The notes under the pieces were generated by a model, which had not been told where the DNA came from, made no database searches, and worked only from the letters and a program-made list of their open reading frames with translations. Positions 27,760 to 37,685 of a stretch of 64,000 nucleotides of DNA are shown one piece after another. Source of the DNA: an uncultured Planctomycetaceae bacterium (lineage in GTDB: Bacteria; Planctomycetota; UBA1135; GCA-002686595); contig CAZUCE010000017.1 of the NCBI GenBank assembly GCA_964619265.1, positions 1-64,000 on the forward strand, read 5' to 3'. The translations under genes and the position numbers were made by a program. How positions within the stretch are numbered: position 1 is the first letter of the stretch; every line of letters begins with the position of its first letter.

Positions 27760-30700
27760 GGGCAGAACCGAATTTCGAGCCCCGGCGAGAAGCTGAGAGC
27801 CGAGGCTCCGATGTGGACGCCTTGAAGGAACAGGCTTCCGCCGAACAGCGTGGGGTTCGCGACGGCAGGGAAAGTCAGCAGAGCTTCGCCTGCGCTGTCG
27901 AATGGAATGGTCAGGGTGGACAGCGGTCCGGCCGGATCGACCAGCATCCAAATGCCAGCTCCCAGGGGGATTTCGGCGCTCCCTAAGGACACTCCGATGA
28001 TCCCGATGCCCGGGCCCGGACCGAGAGCAAGCACGGCCATGGGCGCTCCGGCGATCGGCACCGTGGCGGTCGACCAACTGACTCCAAACGGGCCGAACTG
28101 CTCTCCGTAGAGGAAAGTTCCACAGTTTGGATTGGGCGGTTCCGGTCCGTAAACCCGCAACTCGCTCAAGGAGGCGAACCAGCCAGGGATGGTCGTGTTC
28201 CCAATCACCCGGACTTCGCGAGCGATCGTCGGATCAAACGACAATTCGAAGCGCTCGAATCCGACCCAGGCGTCCGCCGAACTCAAAGGCGGCTCGATGG
28301 TGAGGCCGGCCGCTGGCGTCCACGGACTATCCGGGGTGAGCCGCGTTTCGACTCTCATATCCTTGAACGCTCCGCCGCCGGAGTGCACGGCGCCTTCAAA
28401 CAGGTCCACGCGCGAGACGAGTGCAGGCGCCAGGAGCTTGAACCCGAACCAGTCTTCGCCTGGGACCGGAGCGAGCGCTGCGGAGTCGAAACTGGCGTGA
28501 AGGCTGAAGCTGCCCGGTTGGGGCGTGATCCCGTCGACGAGGACACCGGGGTCGGAGTTGGCCGGGCCCAGGGGCCAACCGGATTCGAGCGCGAGGGCGA
28601 TCGGTTCGCCGAGCGGTGTGAAATCGGTGAGTCCCTCTGGCGTCGGATCCGACGTGACGGCGAGTACGCGCAGTTCGCTTGCGCTTACAAAGCCCAGCGT
28701 GCCTCCCGGCACGCCGCGCAATCGAAGGCCGTCGGCCTCGACCGGGTCGAAGCGGAAGTGGGTGGTGCGGAAGTTCTCGGTGGGGACCTCTGGGCCACCC
28801 GGGTAGGGCGGAGAGCTACTGAGGTTTTCGACTTCGGTCCACACCCCGTTCGCTCGCGCTTCGACGGTCACCGACTCGAACCAACCACCCTCGCTGGTGG
28901 CGATCCCCTCCGTGAACACGAGTTCGACCAGCCGTTGATGGGGGTCCGCGGGTTCGACGGCGACCCATCCGATCCAGTCGTCGGCTCCCTGGTCGCCGCC
29001 GTGTTCGGTGCTGAACGTCTGGGAGGCGATGCCGGTCAATGCGCTGGGAACGACCCCGTCGCGCAGGACTTCGGAGTCCGGATTCGTTGCACCCGCCTGC
29101 GCCGGAGGTGTGAACGAATCGAGCGAGCTGGTGAAAACCAAATTGCCTGACACATCGCGCACCTGCCCAGCGGTGTAGATGTAGACGTGTTCGCTCTCGG
29201 GAGGATCGATCCCATTGTCGCCGGTGACCGAAACGCGGTAATAGAACAAGTCGCCTCCGACACCGTGCTCTTCCAAGGGGAAGCTAGCCAAGGGGCCCTC
29301 GGCCTGGAAGAACGCGGGGTGGGCGTGGGAGTTGTGGTACAGGTCGACCGTGAAGGAAAGCTCCAGGCTCGAGTCCTCGGCTTGGGCGGAGAGAACGACC
29401 GAGTCGCCGCCGTGGAACGCCTCGTTTTGCAGCGGAGCGATCAGCCCCAGGCCACTGAGTCCCGTCCCGATCGAGATCACTTCGGAAGCAAGGTCCTCGG
29501 TGCCGTTGGAACTCGTTACACGCACACTCGCGGTGAAATTGCCGGCGGTCTCGTAGATGTGACTCTGCAACGGTTCCGCTCCAGTCATCGAGGGGCTTCC
29601 GTCACCGAACTCGAACTCGTAGGAAAGCTCGCCCATTGCAGGGTCGCTCGTCGCGGAAGCGTCCAGCTGGACCGCTAGCGGGGCCAGCCCCGAGCTGGGC
29701 GTGGCCTGGAGCACGGCGGCGGGGGAAGGCAGCCCGGAGTACACGAGTTCCTCGACTGTTCCCGAAAGCACGAAGGTGCCATAGGACAGGATCCACAGAT
29801 TGCCGGTCTCGGGATGTCGAACGATGTCGATGAGCGTCTCAAAGCCGCTTCCGAACTCATGGACGCTCACACTTCCGTCGATCGGGTCGCTCTCGATGGC
29901 GGCCAGCCAACCCAGACCGAAGTCACCTGCGAAAAAACGCCCGTCGAACTCATCCGGGTACGCGCCGCCCGCGTAGTCGACGCCTGCGATGGTGCAGAAC
30001 CCTGTGAGTCCCGGCGAAGGTTCTCCCGAGGCCTCGAAGAACCCGCCCTCCGGAATTGCATCCGCAGGATCAAACCGGGGCCATGCGATGAGAGGCGAGG
30101 CGAAGGGCAGGTCGCTCAGGTCTTCGCAGCTTGGGCAACCGTGAGGATTGGGGTCGAGCGCGCCCGCAGCATCGAACTGGGCTTGAGCATCCGGGCCCTC
30201 GCGACACGGCCAGCCGAAATTGGCCCCGGGGGTGTCGATGCGGTCGAGCTCCTCGAACGCGGTACGGCCCACATCGCCGACCCACAGGGTGCCCGGATCG
30301 CCGTCCGCCGGGTCCAAACTCCCTCCGCTCGCCGTGCGCTCCAGGGTGAAGGGATTGCGCAGCCCGAGTGCGAACACGCGGGATGCAGCACTCGTTGGAT
30401 CTCCGTCGAAGAACGGGTTGGAGGGCAGTCCGAGCCCAGTCGCTGGATCCACGCGCAAGATCTTGCCGGCCAGGCTGTTCAGCAGTTGCGAGCGCATGGC
30501 TCCGCAATCTTGATCGGCGGGAATCGGACCCACCAAGCCGGTGACCGGATCGACCCAGTCGTCAAACGCCGCGGGCTCTTCCCCGCCCAGATCGGTCTTA
30601 TCGACTCGAGCGCCGTCCCCGGCGGCAATCAGCAAGGTTCCATCGCTTCCGAACGTGAGCGATCCCGCAGCGTGCACGTCGGAGACTGTCGCCAACGCGG

Positions 30701-31220
30701 TGGGCGAGCTTCCATCGGAGAGCAGGGCGCCGAGCAAGATCTCCCGGGACTGCGAGTCGGCGATCCAGTTCCCATCGGGCTCGATGATCAAGGGCCAACG
30801 CTCGACGACCCCGCGTGAGACCGGGCCGAACGAGTCGTGCGGCGGGTCCGCGTCCAGGACCGGGCTCGCCGTGTAGGAGAGGTAGATCCAGCCGTCCGGG
30901 ATCGGACCCGGTCCGCCCGAGGGGTCCAGGTTCGGCGACAAGGCCATTCCGTTGAGCCCGCGATCTCCTGACTCGTTGACCTCGGCCGATAGGTCGAGAA
31001 TCGAGGACCCCTGGGGGAGCAGGGTTCCGTTCGGGTCGAGCGGATCGACGACGAATCGCTGGACCTCACCTCGTTTGAGGGCGACCAGCAGCGAACCGTC
31101 GGGCGCGAAGCAAGCGCCGGTGGGGCGATCGATCGACTGCAGGCGGTCGACGGTTTGGAATCCGAGGGGAATCTCAGGACCACCCACTTGAAGGAGGGCG
31201 GCCAACAGCCAGGAGGCCAT
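27756..31220 (-). CDS. large secreted protein: GSDH-type (soluble PQQ-dependent sugar dehydrogenase) beta-propeller fused to PKD domains and C-terminal beta-rich domains
   Basis: Signal peptide. FGSDGTLLIAAGD, ALGLRNPFTL, LWVGDVGRTAFEELD and GANFGWPCREG GSDH motifs. PKD motif YEFEFGDGSP...GNFTASVRV. 1154 aa. Confidence 0.75.
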   Translation of the reverse strand: MASWLLAALLQVGGPEIPLGFQTVDRLQSIDRPTGACFAPDGSLLVALKRGEVQRFVVDPLDPNGTLLPQGSSILDLSAEVNESGDRGLNGMALSPNLDPSGGPGPIPDGWIYLSYTASPVLDADPPHDSFGPVSRGVVERWPLIIEPDGNWIADSQSREILLGALLSDGSSPTALATVSDVHAAGSLTFGSDGTLLIAAGDGARVDKTDLGGEEPAAFDDWVDPVTGLVGPIPADQDCGAMRSQLLNSLAGKILRVDPATGLGLPSNPFFDGDPTSAASRVFALGLRNPFTLERTASGGSLDPADGDPGTLWVGDVGRTAFEELDRIDTPGANFGWPCREGPDAQAQFDAAGALDPNPHGCPSCEDLSDLPFASPLIAWPRFDPADAIPEGGFFEASGEPSPGLTGFCTIAGVDYAGGAYPDEFDGRFFAGDFGLGWLAAIESDPIDGSVSVHEFGSGFETLIDIVRHPETGNLWILSYGTFVLSGTVEELVYSGLPSPAAVLQATPSSGLAPLAVQLDASATSDPAMGELSYEFEFGDGSPSMTGAEPLQSHIYETAGNFTASVRVTSSNGTEDLASEVISIGTGLSGLGLIAPLQNEAFHGGDSVVLSAQAEDSSLELSFTVDLYHNSHAHPAFFQAEGPLASFPLEEHGVGGDLFYYRVSVTGDNGIDPPESEHVYIYTAGQVRDVSGNLVFTSSLDSFTPPAQAGATNPDSEVLRDGVVPSALTGIASQTFSTEHGGDQGADDWIGWVAVEPADPHQRLVELVFTEGIATSEGGWFESVTVEARANGVWTEVENLSSSPPYPGGPEVPTENFRTTHFRFDPVEADGLRLRGVPGGTLGFVSASELRVLAVTSDPTPEGLTDFTPLGEPIALALESGWPLGPANSDPGVLVDGITPQPGSFSLHASFDSAALAPVPGEDWFGFKLLAPALVSRVDLFEGAVHSGGGAFKDMRVETRLTPDSPWTPAAGLTIEPPLSSADAWVGFERFELSFDPTIAREVRVIGNTTIPGWFASLSELRVYGPEPPNPNCGTFLYGEQFGPFGVSWSTATVPIAGAPMAVLALGPGPGIGIIGVSLGSAEIPLGAGIWMLVDPAGPLSTLTIPFDSAGEALLTFPAVANPTLFGGSLFLQGVHIGASALSFSPGLEIRFCP

Positions 31221-31395
31221 GACAATCGGGGGCAGGCGTTGGGGATTGACGTCGTCGTTTCGCAGGCCTGGAGCCGAGGCCGGAAAGGCGATGAGGCCTA
31301 GAGCCTACGGTTGCTTAGGCCGCGGAGCGGGAGGCAAGCCCACACCCGGGAAGGAACCCCTTGTGGGAAGCCCCTGAGCCGCCCAGGATCGTCCT

Positions 31396-31887
31396 ATGGC
31401 CACCGCGACTCCTCCCCTCGCCCAAGCCCTCCGGACGACTGCCGCCCGCCTGCGTGAAGGCGCCGGATTCGCCTGGGGCCACATGGGCTCCTGCAACTGT
31501 GGGCACCTGGCCCAGACCGTAACCCGGCTCTCGGCTGCCGAGATCCACCGCGCTGCCATGGAGCGCTACGGCGACTGGTCGACCCAGACCCTGGATCACT
31601 GCCCGGCGTCGGGACTCACGATCGATCACGTTTTCGACGCGCTACTCGAACTCGGTCTGACCCACACGGACCTCCGTCGCCTCGAACATCTTTCGGACCC
31701 CAAGGTCCTGGCCCGCGTCCCCTCGCGCCACTTGCGTCGCCAGGACGTTCGTCACGCGATTCAGTACTTTGAAGCCTGGGCCGAGTTGATCGAGGACGAA
31801 CTCAGCCTGTCCGGTCCGGCTCCGGTTGCAAAGAACCAGGCAGGGCCATCGCTTAGACCCACGCAGGAGCAAGCGCTTCCGACTTAG
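31396..31887 (+). CDS. hypothetical protein (163 aa)
   Basis: ATG, good coding statistics, HMGSCNCGH motif. No family recognised. Confidence 0.5.
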   Translation: MATATPPLAQALRTTAARLREGAGFAWGHMGSCNCGHLAQTVTRLSAAEIHRAAMERYGDWSTQTLDHCPASGLTIDHVFDALLELGLTHTDLRRLEHLSDPKVLARVPSRHLRRQDVRHAIQYFEAWAELIEDELSLSGPAPVAKNQAGPSLRPTQEQALPT

Positions 31888-31900
31888 GGGGGGCGGGCCG

Positions 31901-34678
31901 CTAGCTCAGCCGGTCCTTGAGGTCGCGCAGGGCAAGCAGCGCATCGATCGGGGTGAGTCGATCGAGGTCGAGCTTCGCGAGTTGGCGCTCTACTTCGCTG
32001 GGCGCGTTGCCGAACAGGCTGAGCTGCTGGTTGCTGGTTGCCTGGTCGGCTTGGGCCCTTGGGGCCGGGGGGGCGCCGGTTCCGGCCATGCGGGGAGCGA
32101 GGTGTTCCGAGTCGCCCTCGATCTCGGACAAAAGCTGCTTGGCGCGATCGATGACGTCCTGGGGCACACCGGCCAAGCGCGCCACATGAATGCCGTAAGA
32201 ACGGTCGGTGCCGCCCTCGATGATCTTGTGTAGAAACACGATCTCCTCGCCCCATTCGCGGACCGCGACCGAGAGGTTGAACGCGCCCGTGTGGACGTTC
32301 GCCAGTTCGGTGAGCTGGTGATAGTGCGTGGCAAACAGCGTGCGTCCGCCGATGCGTTCATGGACGAATTCGGCGATCGACCAGGCCAGCGCGAGTCCGT
32401 CGAAGGTCGATGTGCCGCGGCCGACCTCGTCGAGAACGATCAGACTCTTCTCGCTGGCGTTGTTCAAGATGCCGGCGATCTCGACCATCTCGACCATGAA
32501 GGTGGATTCGCCGCGACTGATGTCGTCGCCCGAGCCGACCCGGGTGAAAATACGATCCACGACGCCAACGTGAGCCGTGTCGGCCGGAACGAACGAGCCG
32601 ATTTGGGCCAACAGCACGATCAGCGCTGTTTGCCGGATGAAGGTCGATTTACCGGCCATGTTCGGGCCAGTGAGGATGCCGAGCGTGCGGGACGAACCCT
32701 TTTCCTGCGGACCAAGGTGCGTGTCGTTGGGGACGAAGGTCTCGACGGCGGCCGAGAGTTCGAGAACCGGATGGCGACCCTCTGTGACCGCGAGCACGCC
32801 GGAGTCATCGACGGTGGGGGCCGTGTAGCGGTTTTCGACGGCCTTCTGCGCGAGAGAAGCGAGCGCGTCGAGTTCAGCCACGGCGCGCGCGGTATCGAGG
32901 ATGCGCGGCATGGCGGCCGTCAGCTCGTCGCGCAGCTTGCAAAAAATGTCGTACTCGAGCTCTTTGGCACGATCTTCGGCTTTCAGGACCTTGGTCTCGA
33001 ACTCCTTTAGCTCGGGCGTGATGTAGCGTTCGCCGGTTTTGATCGTCTGCTTGCGAATGTAGTGCTCGGGGACGCGCTCGACCTGTCCGCGGGGGACTTC
33101 GAGGAAGTAGCCGAACACCGAGTTGAAGCCGATCTTGAGGCCCGGAATTCCCGTGCGTTCCGACTCGGTTGCCTGGAATCTAGCCATCCAGCTCTTGCCA
33201 TCGCCGGCGATCGTACGCAGCTCGTCTAGATTGGCGTCGTAGCCATCGCGCACCACGCCGCCTTCGCGGATCTGCAGCGGCGGCTCTTCGACCAGCGTGC
33301 GCGCAATACGCTCGGTGACGTCGTCGAGTGGGTCGAGCCCTTCGCGCAAGGCGTCGAGCAACACCGATTGCCGCTCGTTCAGCAATTCGATCAAGCGTGG
33401 GATCTGTTCGGTGGATTGCCCCAGGCTGGCCAGGTCGCGCCCGTTCGCGCGCCCGGTAGAGAGCTTGGCAACCAGGCGTTCCAGGTCGCGAATCTCGCCC
33501 AGCACTTCGCGGGCCTCTTCGCGCAAGAAGGGTTGTTCGACCAGTTCGGCGACAGCGCGCTGACGGCCGAGGATCGGCTGGACGTCGCGCAGCGGATTGA
33601 GGACCCACTCGCGCAGCAAGCGCCCGCCCATCGGCGTGCGCGTCGCATCGAGCACGTCCAGCAACGTGCCTTCACGGCGGGCTCCGCGCTGGGTTTCGAC
33701 CAGTTCGAGGCAGCCGCGGGTCGCGCGGTCGAGGACCAGGTGCTCGCCGGGATCGGATCGCTCGATGCGACGGATGTGCTCGCAGGCGGTCTTTTGGGTT
33801 TCGCCCAGATACTCGAGCAGCGCACCGGCCGCGCGTACGGCTTCGGCGTCGTCCTCGAGTCCGTAGCCGGCTAGGGTCTGGACCCCGAAGTGACGCTTGG
33901 TCACGCGCAGCATCGAATCGGCGTCGAACCGCCACTCCTCGCGGAAGGTCAGCCGCGCGCCAAACTGCCGGTCCAGTTCGTTCCAAAGGCCGGGGTTGAC
34001 TTGCTCGATGGATGGAGCCACCAGGCACTCGGCCGCGGCCAGTCCGGCCAGCACGTCGCCTGCTTCGCGTGGCTCAACTTCGGCCACGTGGAAGCGGCCG
34101 GTGGATAGGTCGACCCAGGCCAGGCCGGTGCCGTGCTTGCCCTGGCTCACAGCGACGAGATAGTTCGAGGCGCGCGCGTCGAGCGCGTTCTCCTCGGTGA
34201 TCGTCCCGGCGGTGACGACCCGCACGATGCCGCGGTCGACAATCCCCTTGGACTGCTTGGGATCGGAAAGCTGCTCGCAGATCGCCACGTGGTGACCCCG
34301 CTGGACCAGCTTGAGGAGATAGCCCTCCATGGCCTTCACCGGGACGCCGGCCATGGGCATGGCGTTGGCACCCTTGTCGCGTTTGGTCAGCGTGATGCCC
34401 AGCTCCCGCGAAGCCGTCACGGCGTCGTCTCCGAACAGCTCGTAGAAGTCGCCCATCCGGAAGAACAGCAGAGCGTTCGGAGCCTCGTCCTTGGCGCGCC
34501 AGAACTGCTCCATCATCGGCGTCTTGGCGCGGCCAGGCTTGGCCTTGGCCTTTGCGGCCGCGCTCTTGCTGCTGTCCTTCGGGCGGCCAGGTTTGCGCTT
34601 TTGGGGGGCCGGCTCGATCTCAGGTGCGCTCTTGCGGGCTTCGGGATCGGGGGCCTGGGTGTCCTTTGCAGGGGTCAT
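31901..34678 (-). CDS. mutS: DNA mismatch repair protein MutS with K/P/R-rich N-terminal extension
   Basis: MMEQFWRAKDE..GDFYELF, Walker A GPNMAGKST, and a C-terminal HTH. ATG revcomp 34676-34678 is preceded by GAGGA; an alternative ATG lies at 34711. Confidence 0.95.
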   Translation of the reverse strand: MTPAKDTQAPDPEARKSAPEIEPAPQKRKPGRPKDSSKSAAAKAKAKPGRAKTPMMEQFWRAKDEAPNALLFFRMGDFYELFGDDAVTASRELGITLTKRDKGANAMPMAGVPVKAMEGYLLKLVQRGHHVAICEQLSDPKQSKGIVDRGIVRVVTAGTITEENALDARASNYLVAVSQGKHGTGLAWVDLSTGRFHVAEVEPREAGDVLAGLAAAECLVAPSIEQVNPGLWNELDRQFGARLTFREEWRFDADSMLRVTKRHFGVQTLAGYGLEDDAEAVRAAGALLEYLGETQKTACEHIRRIERSDPGEHLVLDRATRGCLELVETQRGARREGTLLDVLDATRTPMGGRLLREWVLNPLRDVQPILGRQRAVAELVEQPFLREEAREVLGEIRDLERLVAKLSTGRANGRDLASLGQSTEQIPRLIELLNERQSVLLDALREGLDPLDDVTERIARTLVEEPPLQIREGGVVRDGYDANLDELRTIAGDGKSWMARFQATESERTGIPGLKIGFNSVFGYFLEVPRGQVERVPEHYIRKQTIKTGERYITPELKEFETKVLKAEDRAKELEYDIFCKLRDELTAAMPRILDTARAVAELDALASLAQKAVENRYTAPTVDDSGVLAVTEGRHPVLELSAAVETFVPNDTHLGPQEKGSSRTLGILTGPNMAGKSTFIRQTALIVLLAQIGSFVPADTAHVGVVDRIFTRVGSGDDISRGESTFMVEMVEIAGILNNASEKSLIVLDEVGRGTSTFDGLALAWSIAEFVHERIGGRTLFATHYHQLTELANVHTGAFNLSVAVREWGEEIVFLHKIIEGGTDRSYGIHVARLAGVPQDVIDRAKQLLSEIEGDSEHLAPRMAGTGAPPAPRAQADQATSNQQLSLFGNAPSEVERQLAKLDLDRLTPIDALLALRDLKDRLS

Positions 34679-34867
34679 TGAGTCGTCCTCGTCGTAGCGC
34701 GGGCCGGTCATGGTAGGAGCCGCTGGCGAGCGTTGCGAATGCCGTGGCGGTTGGCCCGAAGGTTGCTTGAGGTCCGAGCGGTCCGCCCAAAGGTGGCTCT
34801 GGGGTGCCCCACGCGGCTTGCCTCGGAGCCCCCTTTGAGCCTGTGATGGCGGACCCACGGTTCCCCC

Positions 34868-36211
34868 ATGCCTCCTCCCTGCCGTTTTCTACTCCTCGCC
34901 CTGCTTTGGGCGGGGCTGCATTCCAGCTGCGCCAGCTACCCCCAGCGGGTCTCCGGCGCGATGCAGGTTTTCGAGCAGGCTCGGTTCGCCGATGCGGCGG
35001 TGCAATTCGAGAAGGCGGCGGCCAGGGAGAGCGACTTCCTGGCTGGGGCCGAAGCAGGCCTGTGCTGGCTAGCGGCCGGGGAATGGGAGCTCGCCGAGCA
35101 GTCTTTAGAGCGCGCCGTGGGTTCGATCCGCTCGATCGAAGAGCGTGGAGCGATCGGGGTCGGTGCCGGCGCTGACTTGGCCGCGGGCTTGCTGGTCAAC
35201 GACGCCGCGCGCACCTACCTCGGCGAGGGCTTCGAACGATTGACGGTTCACAACGCTCTCGCGCTGGCTTACCTGGCCCGCGGCGACCTTCAAGGCTTGC
35301 GCGTCGAGACCAAGCGGTCCGAGCTCGTGCTTGATTCAGAGGAAGATCTTTACGAATCGGACTACGCGGCCGGCGGACTGGCGCACTTTCTTTCGGCGAC
35401 GTCGTACCTGCTTGAAGAAGATCTCGACGATGCGCTGATTGATTTTCGGCGCATGGTTGACCGCGGGGCTGGACTCGAGCTTGCGGGACCCGAAGCCTTA
35501 CGAATCGCCCAGGCCCTTGGGCGTCAGGATTTGGTGCGGGACCTAAAGACTCGCTTCGAGCCCACGCCGGTTCCGGATCACCCCGAGCCGGCCTGGGTCG
35601 TTTTGATCGCGGGCGTTGGGTACGCGCCGACCAAGTACGAGACACGCCTCGATTGGCCGACCTCGGCGGGCGTCGTCAGTTTTGCGGCCCCCCAGTACAC
35701 CCCGCGTTACGACACAGGCGAACGAATCGAAGTCATCGCGGGCTCCTACGGCGTCCAAAGTGCGATTGTTGAGGACCTCGACCTGGTGGCCCGCGAGAAC
35801 CTCAAGGATCGGCTGGGAGCCGTCGCCTTGAGGTCGGCTGCGCGCAATGCGGGACGCCTCGCCCTGCGCAAGACGTTCGAAGACGACGATCAACACGCGG
35901 CCGCTGCACTGGTGGATCTCTGGTCGATTTTCGCGGAGCGCGCCGATCTACGTTCGATTTGGACGCTGCCCGCGAACTGGCAGGCGCTGCGCATGGCGGT
36001 CCCCCCCGGCATCCACGACATCGAATTGCGTTCCACGCAAGGCGCCAGCGGATCGCTAGGACGCTATGAGCTGCTCCCTGGCGAAACCCTGTTCATCCTC
36101 GCGCGTACGATCGGTCCATCGATCCACGCCCACCCGGTCGGCGGCCTTCGCCTCGATCCGACCGTGCCTCTTTCTCCTCCCGGCGATTTTTCCGCCCCTA
36201 TCCAGCCATGA
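34868..36211 (+). CDS. lipoprotein of unknown function (447 aa)
   Basis: LLALLWAGLHSSC lipobox. Helical-repeat N-terminal region. First gene of a three-lipoprotein operon. Confidence 0.7.
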   Translation: MPPPCRFLLLALLWAGLHSSCASYPQRVSGAMQVFEQARFADAAVQFEKAAARESDFLAGAEAGLCWLAAGEWELAEQSLERAVGSIRSIEERGAIGVGAGADLAAGLLVNDAARTYLGEGFERLTVHNALALAYLARGDLQGLRVETKRSELVLDSEEDLYESDYAAGGLAHFLSATSYLLEEDLDDALIDFRRMVDRGAGLELAGPEALRIAQALGRQDLVRDLKTRFEPTPVPDHPEPAWVVLIAGVGYAPTKYETRLDWPTSAGVVSFAAPQYTPRYDTGERIEVIAGSYGVQSAIVEDLDLVARENLKDRLGAVALRSAARNAGRLALRKTFEDDDQHAAAALVDLWSIFAERADLRSIWTLPANWQALRMAVPPGIHDIELRSTQGASGSLGRYELLPGETLFILARTIGPSIHAHPVGGLRLDPTVPLSPPGDFSAPIQP

Positions 36212-36615
36212 ACCACGCAGCCAAACTCTTCGCCCTGTGCGCGCTTCTCGCGCTGCCCGCCTGCAGAAGCTCGCATCCGGTCACCAGCTACTTGGTCAAC
36301 GAGAGCGTGACCGAAGTCGATGTCGTGAGCCGGTTCAAAGGCCTGTCCGGGATCGATGTGCTCGACACACGCAACATGCGCCAGGCCGGATTCCTGGTCG
36401 TCCAAATGACTGTGCGCAACGATCGCAGGGGCGACTTCCAACTTGAGTCCCAGGCCGAGTGGCTCGACGAGAACCTGTTCGTGGTGGACGATGCAGACGG
36501 TTGGGAGGGCACTCGGATCGGCCGGGGCGAAACCCGCGTGCTGACGTTTACCGCCGGATCTCAGGCCGCCCAAATGGCTCGCATCAACCTCCGCGAGCGT
36601 CACACCGTTCGATAA
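36208..36615 (+). CDS. YcfL-like (DUF1425) lipoprotein
   Basis: The ATG overlaps the upstream stop (ATGA). ALLALPAC lipobox. Small beta-rich protein (GFLVVQMTVRN). Confidence 0.65.
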   Translation: MNHAAKLFALCALLALPACRSSHPVTSYLVNESVTEVDVVSRFKGLSGIDVLDTRNMRQAGFLVVQMTVRNDRRGDFQLESQAEWLDENLFVVDDADGWEGTRIGRGETRVLTFTAGSQAAQMARINLRERHTVR

Positions 36616-36678
36616 CTCAAACGGCCGCCTTCTTCCGGCCGAATCCAGTCTCCGCCACGCCTTCCGCCCCGCTATCCG

Positions 36679-37311
36679 ATGAAGCTTCTTCTCTCCCGCC
36701 TCGCGCTCACCGCTCTTGTCCTCCCGATCGTCGCTTGCAGCTCGACCCGTTACGGGGATCCCAACCAGGTCGAAACGGTCAACATCGACTACGGGTTGAG
36801 CGACCTGCAAAAGCTGGCCGGTGGGATGTCCGATTCACTGGTCCGGGCGCCCCAGCTCAGCTACTTGCAGGGCGGCACCGACGCCGACCCGCGCATCAAG
36901 GTGTACGTGGGCGGCGTCGAGAATCGCACCTACGAGCACATCGACACCGAAGGGATCACTTCGTCGATCCAGTCCAAGCTGCTGAACTCGGGCAAGTTCC
37001 GGATCGTGGCGAACGATCAGGGACAAACCGAGATCGGCGATCAGGTTCGATTCCAGCAGGACTCCGGGCGCGTCAGCGTAGAAACCGCCAAGGCCTTTGG
37101 TTCGCAGCTGGGGGCCGACGTGATCCTCTACGGCAAGCTGTTTGCCTACGACAAGCGCTCGGGCCGCACGATCGAGAGCCTCGGTACAAAGACCCAAAAC
37201 CTCGACTATCAGTTCATTCTCGAGCTGGTCGACATCACGACGGGCGAACTTCTGTGGACCGACGAGGAACTGGTCCGCAAGACCAAGCGGACCGGTCTGT
37301 TCGGGGGTTGA
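36679..37311 (+). CDS. lpoB: penicillin-binding protein activator LpoB-like lipoprotein
   Basis: LVLPIVACSS lipobox. IKVYVGGVENRT ... GKFRIVANDQ ... ADVILYGKL motifs characteristic of LpoB. Confidence 0.7.
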   Translation: MKLLLSRLALTALVLPIVACSSTRYGDPNQVETVNIDYGLSDLQKLAGGMSDSLVRAPQLSYLQGGTDADPRIKVYVGGVENRTYEHIDTEGITSSIQSKLLNSGKFRIVANDQGQTEIGDQVRFQQDSGRVSVETAKAFGSQLGADVILYGKLFAYDKRSGRTIESLGTKTQNLDYQFILELVDITTGELLWTDEELVRKTKRTGLFGG

Positions 37312-37539
37312 CCCCAGCCGGTTGACGGCCCGCCCTTTGGCCTCCCTTCCCTGGGGCGCCGCTCGCCACCGGATCCGGATTCTGAGCCGCAACCGGGGCC
37401 AGGGGCCGAATCTCGTGGGATTCGCAAACAAGCTGGGTGCAACCCCGTATCCAGGTTGTTCGCGGTCCCAAGGGGGTTCCGAAGGCCCTCCGCGAGCTTC
37501 CTGACGATCTGCGCCTCGTTCCGGGCTTCCCGGGCGGGG

Positions 37540-37582
37540 CGCCGTTCGTAGGGGCCCCGTTCGTAGGGGCGCTGCCGAACGG
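37540..37582. repeat. tandem 15-nt direct repeat (CGCCGTTCGTAGGGG / CCCCGTTCGTAGGGG) followed by inverted CCGAACGG
   Basis: Seen directly in the 370-nt region upstream of the epimerase gene. Confidence 0.5.
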
Positions 37583-37685
37583 ACCGCTCCCCGGTGCTGC
37601 TTCCCATCGGAAGCCCCTCTGGGCCTGGGCGAGCCGCCGGCGGAAGGAGTTTTCGGAGGTCTCGCGCCGATAGGATCCCTCTCCC

